From sequence record MK514282.1: DNA of 40,000 nt; one strand, 5' to 3'. Positions 1 through 9,782 of this stretch are shown here, piece by piece. Position 1 is the stretch's first letter, and every line of letters starts with the position of its first letter. Position numbers and translations under genes: made by a program. This DNA comes from Erwinia phage Derbicus. The notes beneath the pieces were generated by a model. It was not told the DNA's origin and did no database searches. It saw nothing but the letters and a program-made list of their open reading frames with translations.

Positions 1-450
1 ATGGAAAACGAAATCAGTATTCATGGAAATTATGTTCGGGCCAGTGCAACGGAGTCAATCACTCACGGTGAGTTGAGTACCGTCATCAAAGAAGCAATCG
101 CACAGTTTCAAACGGACTACCCGGACCTAACAATTAATAGTGCGATAGTCACAACCTCTGAATTTATGTTCGAGTTGTTTGAAACTAAACGCGTCATCGC
201 TAACATCTGGCTTACAACCGATAGACTCGTAATAAAAGATGTCGGCGACCTTCTTTACGGTGGCGTAATTCCGCTACCTCTTACTGGCCAGGAAGTTAAA
301 ATCGCCGCAGGTAGTGCCATTACCCGCGGGTACCTTTGGAAACGGGATAGCTACGTCTCAAGCTACGACCTGCAACTTGACTTCCTTTCCCGTCAACTCA
401 TTGAAGAACACATCGGTAACATCATCAATACTGCGCTTGCTATTAAATAA
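1..450 (+). CDS. hypothetical phage protein (149 aa); may be 5'-truncated by the window edge
   Basis: Open reading frame starting with ATG at base 1, same-strand tight packing with the next genes. Confidence 0.7.
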   Translation: MENEISIHGNYVRASATESITHGELSTVIKEAIAQFQTDYPDLTINSAIVTTSEFMFELFETKRVIANIWLTTDRLVIKDVGDLLYGGVIPLPLTGQEVKIAAGSAITRGYLWKRDSYVSSYDLQLDFLSRQLIEEHIGNIINTALAIK

Positions 451-464
451 ACTGGAGATATCTC

Positions 465-965
465 ATGACCGCTATTTTAACGCATGTTACTACCGACGGC
501 GAACAGGAACTGCTGCCTTTCGCTAAGATGTCGGGTAACTACTCAGACTATGACCGGATGTTTAAATTGGGCGACATCCTGACTGGCAACATCCACGCTA
601 TGCAACTGAATGGCATGATGGATTTGCAGAAGTATAAATATGTTTACGTACACGACTTTGTTCGTGACGACGGTAAAATCATCGACGACTACCATGAACG
701 CTCCAGTGATATCTCCATCACCATGTTCGGTTCAAACGAGAACCTTGCTATCAAACAAGTGTATTCTCCGGACGAAGGTTACACTTATTCCTTCGAACAG
801 AACGGTGGGTTGGACGGCACGATTTGGGGGTTAACTGTACAAGGCGGGCACGCGGTAGTTCAGCCTATTGAACGTGGCGGTAAAAACGACAGTATACTGC
901 CGGGCCATTTGCGCAAACCTTTCGAAACTTTACTGGGCTACATGTCAACTGGGATGAAACTGTAA
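465..965 (+). CDS. hypothetical phage protein
   Basis: 166-aa ORF, GGAGAT upstream of the ATG, stop overlaps the start of the next gene. Confidence 0.8.
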   Translation: MTAILTHVTTDGEQELLPFAKMSGNYSDYDRMFKLGDILTGNIHAMQLNGMMDLQKYKYVYVHDFVRDDGKIIDDYHERSSDISITMFGSNENLAIKQVYSPDEGYTYSFEQNGGLDGTIWGLTVQGGHAVVQPIERGGKNDSILPGHLRKPFETLLGYMSTGMKL

Positions 966-1465
966 TGGCAACTATTCATACGCTTTCTGGTGCGGTTAAA
1001 TTACCTACCGATGTTTCCGCACACTTTCGCTCTGCTCATGCTTTGGCCAGAAACATCGACGCGCAAATTTACCAGCCACTGGTAATGGCCTTAGAGAAGC
1101 AATCGATGCGCGGTGATGTATCTAACATTGTGCTGGTTGAAACAATGACCATGGACGTCGCCGAAGCCATTACCCTTTCGTACAGTATGGGCTTTAATCT
1201 CCCGCTGGAGTTGGCTGCGGACGTTCGCGGGTTAGAACTGGAAAATGGCGAAGTGATGCTGATTAGCGGTAAGCTTGAGCGTGTAGATGCCGAACTGGTC
1301 AGAATGCGCCGGTCTATTATCATCACCCCGACCCAAATCAACGCCATGTCGGTTGACGGCAATATGCTTGATGAGTCGCTGGCGTTTATTCTGCAAAAGC
1401 AGATGATGGAATTCAAAGGACTCTACCCGCATCGCCCAGTTAGCGATGCTGTGAAAGCGCTGTAA
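965..1465 (+). CDS. hypothetical phage protein
   Basis: 166-aa ORF, start overlaps the preceding stop (TAATG arrangement). Confidence 0.8.
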   Translation: MATIHTLSGAVKLPTDVSAHFRSAHALARNIDAQIYQPLVMALEKQSMRGDVSNIVLVETMTMDVAEAITLSYSMGFNLPLELAADVRGLELENGEVMLISGKLERVDAELVRMRRSIIITPTQINAMSVDGNMLDESLAFILQKQMMEFKGLYPHRPVSDAVKAL

Positions 1466-1471
1466 TAAATC

Positions 1472-1493
1472 GGGGGTTTTTTACGATACCCCC
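1472..1493 (+). terminator. weak hairpin GGGGGT...ACCCCC after 965..1465
   Basis: GGGGGTTTTTTACGATACCCCC; no clear U tract after the stem. Confidence 0.35.
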
Positions 1494-1528
1494 TCTTACT
1501 ATACATCCACTGCTATGGAACTATTCTA

Positions 1529-2455
1529 ATGTCACATCTCGAAGATCAATTACGTAACTTTCACATGTCGTCATCGCAGTCCCTTTTACTTCGCCAGCTC
1601 GGTGTATTGGATAACGATGCCGTTCTCGATTCATCGGATACAACTGCAATTGAACGCAAAGCAATCCTGCAACTGGCACAAGATGTTCTGAACGGTAAGA
1701 AGCTTTATCAGGTCAGAATTTCATCAGACGGTGAAGGCCCACGTCCGCCGGTGAAACGCAATTTGTGTAAACTTGATTTGGGGGGCTACGTCTATACCGA
1801 CAGTTATGCCGTGAGCACGATGACGTTTGCGTTAGTGTTCGGTATGGCCATCAGAACCTACGTGCATGAAAATCAACACTGTATCTGCGTCCGTGAAGAT
1901 GGGGAAATCCAGTTTAACCTGTCAGTGCTGGGTATCCAATATATATCTGTGTCGCAAGCGTTCACCGCGATGCCGCAGCACGAAGAAATTTCTGACAAGC
2001 TGGGCCAGATCACTGCGTTCATCAAAGCAACATTGTTGGCGCGTGGCAAGGTTAAATTCGATATAAACGGTGCGTTGGGTTGGGAACAAGACCGCCATGT
2101 ACTCGCGCACTATATTCCTCGTCGTGGTACGTGGAAAGAATATAAGCAGTCGATGATTGTTAAGCTGCCTTTCCTTGGCGAGATGAGACAAATCGATATG
2201 CTGGTTGATTTATCGGACATTGTTTCGGACGCTCTCCCACGCGTCACGTTCTTGTACCAAAATATCGACGGCGATGTTATTTCGCTCGAAAAACTGACAC
2301 CTGTGCCGGATTGTAAGCCTGAAAAGTATACCACTGATGTTATCTTCAGTGAGTATCACGACACAGTGCTGCTCACCGCCGACCTGTTCGATATCAAAGA
2401 TAACGTGCAGGAAATCGAACTCCTCAATACCTTCAAATTCTATTACAAGGGCTAA
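1529..2455 (+). CDS. hypothetical phage protein (308 aa)
   Basis: Long ORF, gene-dense context. Confidence 0.85.
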   Translation: MSHLEDQLRNFHMSSSQSLLLRQLGVLDNDAVLDSSDTTAIERKAILQLAQDVLNGKKLYQVRISSDGEGPRPPVKRNLCKLDLGGYVYTDSYAVSTMTFALVFGMAIRTYVHENQHCICVREDGEIQFNLSVLGIQYISVSQAFTAMPQHEEISDKLGQITAFIKATLLARGKVKFDINGALGWEQDRHVLAHYIPRRGTWKEYKQSMIVKLPFLGEMRQIDMLVDLSDIVSDALPRVTFLYQNIDGDVISLEKLTPVPDCKPEKYTTDVIFSEYHDTVLLTADLFDIKDNVQEIELLNTFKFYYKG

Positions 2456-2458
2456 GAC

Positions 2459-3352
2459 ATGTCTCAACGTTTTAATAACTACTTCAGAGATTATAACCAC
2501 GTTCCGGATAAACGTGCATTGATGCTCCGTACCGCGGGTCGTCTGATGATTGCCATTCTTTTCGATAAACCGATTATCGTTATCGGTACCGATTATGACA
2601 ATCTGGAAGGTGAAGCGCGCGAAGGCGAGCTGGACGTTTCTCTACTGGAGCGTCGTTTCCAGAATCGCACCAGCGTCAGCAAGATCGACGTGCCGGAATT
2701 CATCCCGGAAGAAGTGCGCCACTGGCAAAATCACCCTAACTACAAAAACATCGACCTGCGCGCCGCAATTGAATCCTCACACGCGGCGTTCGGGTTGCCG
2801 TTCCTCGAACACTTCGGTGAGTTCTTCGAGAAGGTTGACGAGCTGTCGTGGAAAGTCGAACAGGGCCAATTGGTTTGCATCGATAAGCCGGGGCTGCAGG
2901 CTGCAGCCCGTGAATGGCTGCAGGCATTCCGTGAATCTCCGTACTACAGTGCAAAAGAAGCGGCGATGAATATCTCCCGCGACTTAACCACGTATATCGG
3001 CTTCATTGAAAACGGTGTACTGGACGAGCACGAGCGTACCCACACGCTGAAGTCGGCACATCTGTACTTCATGCGTATGTTCCGTTGGCTGCCTCTACCG
3101 GAAGCGTCAGACGGTTATGCCCTGTGGCGTCAAACACTGGAAGAAGACCTCGGCTTCCCGGATGAAATGTCCAGTGACTGGCCGCAGGTTTGGCCATGTG
3201 GCCCGGTCGGACATCCGGATGAGCTCTTCGACCGTCAGTTCCCGATTGTCAAAACTGATACCAACCTCGGCGGTTTCGGTCAGGATGTCCACGGTGGTTA
3301 TGCGTTCTACCTGCCAGAGTATGTAGTAGCGCAGTATATGTTCGACTGCTAA
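2459..3352 (+). CDS. hypothetical phage protein (297 aa)
   Basis: Long ORF beginning 3 nt after the previous stop. Confidence 0.85.
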   Translation: MSQRFNNYFRDYNHVPDKRALMLRTAGRLMIAILFDKPIIVIGTDYDNLEGEAREGELDVSLLERRFQNRTSVSKIDVPEFIPEEVRHWQNHPNYKNIDLRAAIESSHAAFGLPFLEHFGEFFEKVDELSWKVEQGQLVCIDKPGLQAAAREWLQAFRESPYYSAKEAAMNISRDLTTYIGFIENGVLDEHERTHTLKSAHLYFMRMFRWLPLPEASDGYALWRQTLEEDLGFPDEMSSDWPQVWPCGPVGHPDELFDRQFPIVKTDTNLGGFGQDVHGGYAFYLPEYVVAQYMFDC

Positions 3353-3356
3353 TACA

Positions 3357-3390
3357 AAGACCCCACTTCGGTGGGGTTCTTTATTTTTTT
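3357..3390 (+). terminator. Rho-independent terminator
   Basis: ACCCCAC-TTCG-GTGGGGT stem (3360-3377) followed by TCTTTATTTTTTT. Confidence 0.9.
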
Positions 3391-3462
3391 ATGAGATGGC
3401 CGTCTAGACGCACATTTTTTACAGTTCACCTGTTTGATATAGTAGAAAGGAGAGATTGCGCA

Positions 3463-3837
3463 ATGAAAAACTTTTTTGACTACTTGAGGGCGGGTGAGAT
3501 TCCTCGTGAAGTGGTTTATGACCGAAGCAAGTATAATACATTCATGGCTTTTTTGGTCACCTCTCCGTACTTCAAGACTTTTTCCGATGAAATGACAACC
3601 GTGGAGGAACGGGTTCAGTTCGACCTGCCTGACGTAGTAGAGTGCCACTCAGCATTGTCGTTAGCTGACGTGTCTACAATGATAAAAAATCAAGACCATC
3701 TGGACTACTTACTGCGGTCACTGGTCGATAAGCTACTGCGTGAAGAGGATACATATGAGTCAGTCTTCGCTGCATTGCTTGACTACTATTACATGGTTCG
3801 TAACTATAACCGTTTCCCACTGAATACTGTACACTAA
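3463..3837 (+). CDS. hypothetical phage protein (124 aa)
   Basis: ATG at 3463 with AAAGGAGAG upstream; the tracked start at 3391 lacks a comparable RBS. Confidence 0.8.
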   Translation: MKNFFDYLRAGEIPREVVYDRSKYNTFMAFLVTSPYFKTFSDEMTTVEERVQFDLPDVVECHSALSLADVSTMIKNQDHLDYLLRSLVDKLLREEDTYESVFAALLDYYYMVRNYNRFPLNTVH

Positions 3838-3859
3838 CTTCCGCGTGAGGAGAAAAACA

Positions 3860-4246
3860 ATGGGTAGAAAGATTAGCCCGGTGGATGTGGTTCGACTCCA
3901 CCCGGACGACCTTGCCAACATCAAACCGAAATCAGAACTGGATAAGAAATTCCTGACGGGAATTGAGTGGGGCTTTGCTCTGCATCCGGACGAGGTTCGT
4001 AACACACAGCAGCCATCCCTGAAGGGCCCAGTTGAAATTGACTGGCGTACCACTGCAGGACATGAAGATGTTGTGGAGGCGATTAATGCAGTCACTGTCA
4101 GTAGCGAAGACCTGCCTATCGCTGGTCCAGCAGAGCACCTGATTTCACTGCGTCGTTTCATTAACGCGCAGGCTGAAGTTGTGCGTAACGGCGAAGCGTG
4201 GCAACTCGGTACGGCACTTCACCTGAAGTCGGTATTCGGTGGATGA
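3860..4246 (+). CDS. hypothetical phage protein (128 aa)
   Basis: ATG at 3860 preceded by GAGGAG; the tracked start at 3845 is a GTG inside the RBS region. Confidence 0.75.
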   Translation: MGRKISPVDVVRLHPDDLANIKPKSELDKKFLTGIEWGFALHPDEVRNTQQPSLKGPVEIDWRTTAGHEDVVEAINAVTVSSEDLPIAGPAEHLISLRRFINAQAEVVRNGEAWQLGTALHLKSVFGG

Positions 4247-4292
4247 AAAAAGAAAAGACTACTCTCCCCAACGGGAGAGTAGCTACTCTTAT
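4245..4292. terminator. bidirectional terminator between convergent genes
   Basis: CTACTCTCCC-CAAC-GGGAGAGTAG (4259-4282) flanked by an A tract on the left and a T tract on the right. Confidence 0.9.
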
Positions 4293-4296
4293 TTTT

Positions 4297-5109
4297 TTAT
4301 ACTGCGAAACGACCACCGCTACGGTAGTTATCGCGGTTACCTTGGTCATCGTTGTGAATGAGAGCACGCTTACACACAAGCAGCTGGTCATCGTACGATT
4401 GTCCGGCATCGCGATATTCTTCCACGAAGTCTTTGAACTTATCGAACGACACACCGTTTTCTAAACGGGCGATGTCCAAGTCCAGTGACAAGTGGTTGTA
4501 GATGTACTGCTTGGTCGCCCACGATGCCAGTTGTGCTACGGCTGGGTAGAACGGTTGTTTAATCTCGTTCAGCTCAGGTGAGAACTTGGTACGGACTTTC
4601 AAACGGGTACCGTACTGGAACATCCCCGGGTCTTTAATCGACACCGTGTTCGGGCCCAGCACAATCACTTCAGAGGATGTCAGTCGTGGCATTGCGGAGT
4701 GCGAGTTCAGCATTTGCTCGGTACTGGAGACCACCCCTGACGTCGAACCGGTTAAGTACGATCCGGCCGGTGGCATGGTGTAAGCTTGTCCGGCTACTGG
4801 GGTTCCGGCTAAGTGGGCAGCGATAATATCTTTACCACCCGTCTGCTCTTCCGAAATCCGGTAGATACGGGTAAACTGGTCGTGTGGGTCTTGCTCGTAG
4901 GTCAACCCTGAAAGCTCGATTTCTTTTAACTGGCCGAATTGGGACAGGTCGGGGATAACAGTATCCTTTAAGACCTTCTCCACAATCTGGTTTTCAATTG
5001 AGGCCGGTGCGCCAAATAAACGCATTCCGGGTTCAATGAAAGTCGCGTCCAGAATCGGTTTCGGGATATTCCGTCGTATCATTCTGAGGCATGCGTCGAT
5101 GGCACTCAT
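4297..5109 (-). CDS. hypothetical phage protein (270 aa), isolated minus-strand gene
   Basis: 270-aa ORF ending at the bidirectional terminator. Confidence 0.85.
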   Translation of the reverse strand: MSAIDACLRMIRRNIPKPILDATFIEPGMRLFGAPASIENQIVEKVLKDTVIPDLSQFGQLKEIELSGLTYEQDPHDQFTRIYRISEEQTGGKDIIAAHLAGTPVAGQAYTMPPAGSYLTGSTSGVVSSTEQMLNSHSAMPRLTSSEVIVLGPNTVSIKDPGMFQYGTRLKVRTKFSPELNEIKQPFYPAVAQLASWATKQYIYNHLSLDLDIARLENGVSFDKFKDFVEEYRDAGQSYDDQLLVCKRALIHNDDQGNRDNYRSGGRFAV

Positions 5110-5229
5110 TATAAGCTCCTGGAAGTCGTTGTGCGGGGTTCATAGCATCTGGATAACCCTACCCCACACGGGAAATGTTTTTTACAACACCGACCCATTC
5201 TTTGGGGGTTCAGTCAATCTAATTAGAAA

Positions 5230-5240
5230 CATATATTATC
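5230..5240 (+). promoter_or_regulatory. candidate phage promoter motif (CATATATTATC)
   Basis: Matches the YATATRTTATC motif shared with 23095-23105 and 28352-28362; AT-rich intergenic position upstream of 5271. Confidence 0.45.
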
Positions 5241-5270
5241 TGTAGGAAGCAGTATACATGTGGAGTTTCT

Positions 5271-5618
5271 ATGTCTGAAATTATTCTATACATACCTCCG
5301 GTAGATTTAACAGCAATGGGCCGCGTTTACGCAGTGCGCTATTTGTCACTCATCGAGCTGGCCCAAGCCATAGAGAATTTGATTTACCCGGGGCGTCACT
5401 TGCAGGTAAGTGATGCGTACAATACTTTCGCCGAAGCGTTCTTCGCAACTGACCTATGGTACATGATATCCATCCTAGGTGAAGAAGCGCCTCTGCTATT
5501 CAAAGAAATTAACGGAGCACTAGTCGCATGTACAACTTTAAATTCTACCCAGCTGACGTACATGGTTGGTTCTGGGATGCGATTCAGAAAACAGGTTATG
5601 CCGATGCGTTGCGCATGA
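5271..5618 (+). CDS. hypothetical phage protein (115 aa); possible upstream partner of a -1 frameshift fusion with 5528..6136
   Basis: ORF with ATG at 5271; the last ~24 codons overlap the next ORF in another frame. Confidence 0.65.
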   Translation: MSEIILYIPPVDLTAMGRVYAVRYLSLIELAQAIENLIYPGRHLQVSDAYNTFAEAFFATDLWYMISILGEEAPLLFKEINGALVACTTLNSTQLTYMVGSGMRFRKQVMPMRCA

Positions 5619-6136
5619 GGACGCGTGACCAAGAGCAGATGACAGTTGACATGCTCAATTGTGCACTGTTCCACACGTTCAAATCCGTTGAAGCAATCGT
5701 TGGCTTTACACCGGAAGAGTTGTTAGCGAAGTTCATTAATCCTGAGCTGCTGTTTGAAATGATGCAAGCCAATGGGGAAGCTCGCCCTGTCCGTCACGTG
5801 GTTGTGAAAACGGTACGCTCACAACTGTTTGACCCGACGGCGCCACTGATACATGTTCCGGATGTGATTGTCCGTCGCCCCGAAGATGTGGAATTAGCGT
5901 ACATGGCGTACAACAATGCGTTCCTTGGATTCCGTGACCAAATAGAATTAATGATTCGCCGCGTGTTAGGTGACAAGTTCAACCGCTATGCTATAGCTGA
6001 GCTGTCAATTGTGGCTGACGCTCAAGAACGAGTCCGTGCGCTGAATCTTAAAATCCACGGCGACATCCGACACAAATTTTACATGGAACAATTCCCCGAT
6101 GGCCGATTTGACAGCGGAAAGGGTGGTGGGCATTGA
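5528..6136 (+). CDS. hypothetical phage protein (202 aa)
   Basis: 202-aa ORF; GGAG about 10 nt upstream of the ATG; 91-nt overlap with the previous ORF. Confidence 0.75.
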   Translation: MYNFKFYPADVHGWFWDAIQKTGYADALRMRTRDQEQMTVDMLNCALFHTFKSVEAIVGFTPEELLAKFINPELLFEMMQANGEARPVRHVVVKTVRSQLFDPTAPLIHVPDVIVRRPEDVELAYMAYNNAFLGFRDQIELMIRRVLGDKFNRYAIAELSIVADAQERVRALNLKIHGDIRHKFYMEQFPDGRFDSGKGGGH

Positions 6137-6491
6137 TGTAATTCTAACCACCGCCTGGACAACCCTGATTTTGGACGATGATGAACGAGAGTACCATTTA
6201 TTCTCTCAGTACCAACGTCACGTTCTTTTAAAAGACATCCTGCACGGCTTATTCCCAAACTATTTAGAAACCTTCAATGAGTGGGGGGCGTTCGACATGG
6301 CCTTCACTCATCGGTTGGTTTGCTCATACATCCGTGAAGCGCGGATGGAGTTATCCCGACTCATCGGCCTTGAGTTAATGCGGGCCATGCGCGGGTGTAT
6401 GGGTATCCCGAAAGGGTATCGCGTTTACTATCGTATCGACGGAAAAGCTCTTCGCTATTATCCGCACCGGTCGAGGAGGTATGATGGTTAA
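6123..6491 (+). CDS. hypothetical phage protein; start uncertain (GTG 6123/6126 or ATG 6099)
   Basis: Open frame 6099..6491; GTG at 6123 follows GGAAAG. Confidence 0.65.
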   Translation: MVGIDVILTTAWTTLILDDDEREYHLFSQYQRHVLLKDILHGLFPNYLETFNEWGAFDMAFTHRLVCSYIREARMELSRLIGLELMRAMRGCMGIPKGYRVYYRIDGKALRYYPHRSRRYDG

Positions 6492-6879
6492 GCTTACCCA
6501 TCGGGTAATTTATTTCGACTTGTCTCCCGTCTATCAGGCATTACGTGCTCCGATGACAAAGGCGGGTGGGGACAGTGTAGATTTTTACCTGTCCATTGGT
6601 GAGTATGACCACTTGGTCCGGCAAATTGTTCTGCTCGAGTTACTCACCCGCACCGGACACATTACATTTTGTTCGGCGCAGTTAGCATTGAAACGCTATG
6701 CCCGGGACATGGACTTTATCCTTTGTTTCCCGCAAGCCTTCAATCTGTTAGAAAGCGAATTGGGTAATTCACGCGATGTCTTCCACGCGGTGGAAGACGC
6801 CATCCCGGTACCTATTAATCCATACACAATGATGGAGCCTGTCACAGGGCCTATCTGGGCATTTATCACAGGAGCCTAA
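6481..6879 (+). CDS. hypothetical phage protein (132 aa)
   Basis: ORF with GAGGAGG immediately upstream, short overlap with the previous gene. Confidence 0.8.
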   Translation: MMVKLTHRVIYFDLSPVYQALRAPMTKAGGDSVDFYLSIGEYDHLVRQIVLLELLTRTGHITFCSAQLALKRYARDMDFILCFPQAFNLLESELGNSRDVFHAVEDAIPVPINPYTMMEPVTGPIWAFITGA

Positions 6880-6880
6880 C

Positions 6881-7384
6881 ATGCAAGACACTCGCGACGA
6901 GTATTACCTGATTCCGGACTACCAAAATCTGGTAGGGCAGTTAACGGAATTCGACCCGGGCTCTCTGCTCGCGGCGGTTTGTGAAGACGTCAACAAAATG
7001 CTCAACTATGTGTTGATGCTGCGTGAAGATAACGACGAAATCCCAACCATGATGGAAAGCACCATGCAGTACATCCATCGTGAAATGGCGGAACGTAAAG
7101 TTATCCTGACGACGGAACAAGCGCTGGAGTACGGACGCTTAGTGGGTCAGCTGGTACGTGCGTACATCAGCGCGATTACTGGCACCTATTTCTGGTTCAC
7201 TCGTCATGCACAGTGGGTAGCGGCCCGTTACTGTGGCGACGGTTCTGGCTCAGTGGAGTTCGTACTGCGCTACGGCGTGGTCAAACTGCCTGAGTACGAA
7301 GATCCGGCGGTGGTTCGTGCACTCGGTCCGGAAGTGTCGACGAAACTCGACATGCTGGCTGGACGTCTGGGAGCGAGCCTATGA
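6881..7384 (+). CDS. hypothetical phage protein (167 aa)
   Basis: ORF, tight packing, ATGA junction with the next gene. Confidence 0.85.
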   Translation: MQDTRDEYYLIPDYQNLVGQLTEFDPGSLLAAVCEDVNKMLNYVLMLREDNDEIPTMMESTMQYIHREMAERKVILTTEQALEYGRLVGQLVRAYISAITGTYFWFTRHAQWVAARYCGDGSGSVEFVLRYGVVKLPEYEDPAVVRALGPEVSTKLDMLAGRLGASL

Positions 7385-7926
7385 CACGTGTGATGTATTC
7401 AGCGATGGATGCAATACACGCCTACGGTATTGAGAGCTTCGCAGCTCTCATTCGCGAAAACCTTGTTGTTGGCCTCGATGGGGTCAATGTCGAGGTTTTC
7501 GACGACGCCAATTTTTATCGCGTGTTTGCCTACGCGTATATCGCGGGTGCCATGAGTGGCAGTTCACAGGTCTTCTTAGAAGCCTTCGGTGTCGACAATG
7601 TTGAACCGTTAGACCTGCAGACGGGGCCGTTGGTCGTGAACTGGAACCCGCCCGGACAACCTGAAGACGTTGTTGGATTCACGTTGGGCGATGACGACCC
7701 TAACGATTTAATCGATAACGACTTCAGCACTTTCATTCTCCCATTCACCATTGATTCAACGGAAGCGGATACAGTCGAAGTGACCAGTCGCTATGTTGAG
7801 CTGCTGAACAAAGAACTGTTCTCGCAGACAGGGCTGGTCAGTGTGATTAAATCGATGTTCCCCGGTAAGTACGTTGACTACAGAGGCGACGACCTCTTTA
7901 CCATGGTCGTTGTATGTGACGTATGA
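7381..7926 (+). CDS. hypothetical phage protein (181 aa)
   Basis: ORF with a 4-nt ATGA overlap at the 5' end. Confidence 0.85.
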   Translation: MTRVMYSAMDAIHAYGIESFAALIRENLVVGLDGVNVEVFDDANFYRVFAYAYIAGAMSGSSQVFLEAFGVDNVEPLDLQTGPLVVNWNPPGQPEDVVGFTLGDDDPNDLIDNDFSTFILPFTIDSTEADTVEVTSRYVELLNKELFSQTGLVSVIKSMFPGKYVDYRGDDLFTMVVVCDV

Positions 7927-8360
7927 AATTAATCCTGACTCTTGAAGACATCATTCCCCGTAAGAACGTTACGGAGACGGTTGACTTCATGCTAAAGGAA
8001 GGTATGCGTGAGCCGGTGGCTCACGCGCTTATCTTTATTTTAGCGCAAACCTTTGTTAGTAACCTCACGGTCAATGCTCAGGTCGGTGAGGGTGAGTTTG
8101 CCATGTTTACGGCACCGCCTATTACATGTGGCAGACTTGCGGTCATAATCAAAAGAATGTTTCCGAACGATTCGATTATTCCGATAAAGATGTGGGGGAC
8201 GGGATGGGGAGATTTCCAACCCAGCTATTTTAATTATGATAGACTCGTCACTATACTCGGCGCGATGGACATGCTCTATCGCAAGGATGTTATCATCGGT
8301 CAAGTTATTAAAGGACCATCGGATACTCTCATCACCGTGGAACGCCCCTTTTCATTATGA
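7923..8360 (+). CDS. hypothetical phage protein (145 aa)
   Basis: ORF with a 4-nt ATGA overlap at the 5' end. Confidence 0.8.
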   Translation: MKLILTLEDIIPRKNVTETVDFMLKEGMREPVAHALIFILAQTFVSNLTVNAQVGEGEFAMFTAPPITCGRLAVIIKRMFPNDSIIPIKMWGTGWGDFQPSYFNYDRLVTILGAMDMLYRKDVIIGQVIKGPSDTLITVERPFSL

Positions 8361-8417
8361 CCTAACTTTTTACATTTTATTCAACCTGTATAAGTGCAGG
8401 TTAACCAGAGGTTGAAA

Positions 8418-9029
8418 ATGAGTAAGTACAATATCGTTATTGTGGGGCCGGTGTATCAGGACCACGGTATCATCGATTATCTGCAGGACTCCGAACCGTT
8501 CATGGAGTTAATGGAAAATTGGCAACGCCAGTTACAAGTCTGTCTGGTTAACCTCAGTAAAGAAAACCTCGAAGCCATCGTTCCGGGCGAAGGGGAGTTC
8601 TACGAAGAGCTGGCGTCGCGTATTTCCAACTCCATCCTGCAGCAGTATAACTTCGTCGTACCGTTGGACATCCGTATCCGTCTGCACGATTTCATGAAAA
8701 CCGTATCGGACGAATACCGGGCGTGGGAATTTGACCAAGGCATCTCTTCAGATGTGCGTGAGGATGACTACACCGAAGGTCTGCGCATTATTCATGGCCT
8801 GCACAAAAACAGCGCTGGTCATGCGGAAGACGCTGGACTGCTGTCCGTTTACTTTGCCGATCGTGTGGCCCGTGGTGTTGCTCAGTCGATTCACGAAGGG
8901 TATAAAGACCCGCTGGCATTTTTTATGAAGCGACACCAGAAAGATTTCAAAGGGGGACTGATGCGCCTCACGTTCAGTGATAAATCGCGCTTAGTCAAGT
9001 TCCAACTTTCCCTCACGATGGAGGATTAA
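8418..9029 (+). CDS. hypothetical phage protein (203 aa)
   Basis: ATG at 8418 preceded by an AGAGG element; the tracked start at 8394 is a GTG inside a hairpin region. Confidence 0.75.
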   Translation: MSKYNIVIVGPVYQDHGIIDYLQDSEPFMELMENWQRQLQVCLVNLSKENLEAIVPGEGEFYEELASRISNSILQQYNFVVPLDIRIRLHDFMKTVSDEYRAWEFDQGISSDVREDDYTEGLRIIHGLHKNSAGHAEDAGLLSVYFADRVARGVAQSIHEGYKDPLAFFMKRHQKDFKGGLMRLTFSDKSRLVKFQLSLTMED

Positions 9030-9437
9030 ATGTTTGATATCAGCACCGTGCCACATGGCTCGGTAGTCAACATCACGTACGATACGCCACTGCTCGGCAC
9101 CGAGCAGTACGTTGAGGTGCTCGGTACTTCCTGCGGCTACAAGATGGCCATGGAGATTGAGGACGTCAACGCTATTCACCAGAACATCTACTCTTCCCTT
9201 GAAGCGCAGCCGACCAATAACCTGACGGCGTACAACTTCATTGTGTTCGTAGACAGTGAAGGTAAGCAGCGTGTCGCGGCTGATGCGTGGATTCGCAACA
9301 TCACCGTGGTGAAAAAGATTAAAGCACAATGCACCGTTGAGATTGACAGCGTCGATGAAATCGAACACATTCGCAAAGCCCTCGCAGCACGCGGACTGAA
9401 TGATGTCGTCATCACGGTCATTGAAGTACAAGGTTAA
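9030..9437 (+). CDS. hypothetical phage protein (135 aa)
   Basis: ORF directly following the previous stop, GGAGG upstream of the start. Confidence 0.8.
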   Translation: MFDISTVPHGSVVNITYDTPLLGTEQYVEVLGTSCGYKMAMEIEDVNAIHQNIYSSLEAQPTNNLTAYNFIVFVDSEGKQRVAADAWIRNITVVKKIKAQCTVEIDSVDEIEHIRKALAARGLNDVVITVIEVQG

Positions 9438-9460
9438 GGGGCTTCGGCCCCTTTATTTTT
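9436..9460 (+). terminator. Rho-independent terminator
   Basis: AAGGGGC-TTCG-GCCCCTT followed by TATTTTTT. Confidence 0.9.
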
Positions 9461-9485
9461 TGGCACACACAGCAACCGGATACCC

Positions 9486-9782
9486 ATGAATCGCATAGAA
9501 GGCGTTGTAAGCGCGTATAACACCGACCCCGAAAAACCCACCGTTACTGTAACCGCTACGAATACGGGTCGTGACTATACGGCACGCATTTGGTTTGACC
9601 GCAAATTCTGGCGGGGCCTTCGCATCGGTGACACCGTCATCCTGCAGAAGAACAAACAGGGCGAGTACCATCTTAAAACGTTGCTGAAGATTGGCGAAGG
9701 TGAAGGCTTAGACTTCGGTAAGAAGTTCCCAAAACCGTGGTCGCCGCCTGAGGGTCAAGAAGACCAATACAGTATTCAGTAA
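9486..9782 (+). CDS. small hypothetical protein (98 aa)
   Basis: ORF between two terminators; sequence reads as a beta-rich small domain (NRIEGVVSAYNTDPEKPTVTVTATN...IGDTVILQKN). Confidence 0.75.
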   Translation: MNRIEGVVSAYNTDPEKPTVTVTATNTGRDYTARIWFDRKFWRGLRIGDTVILQKNKQGEYHLKTLLKIGEGEGLDFGKKFPKPWSPPEGQEDQYSIQ

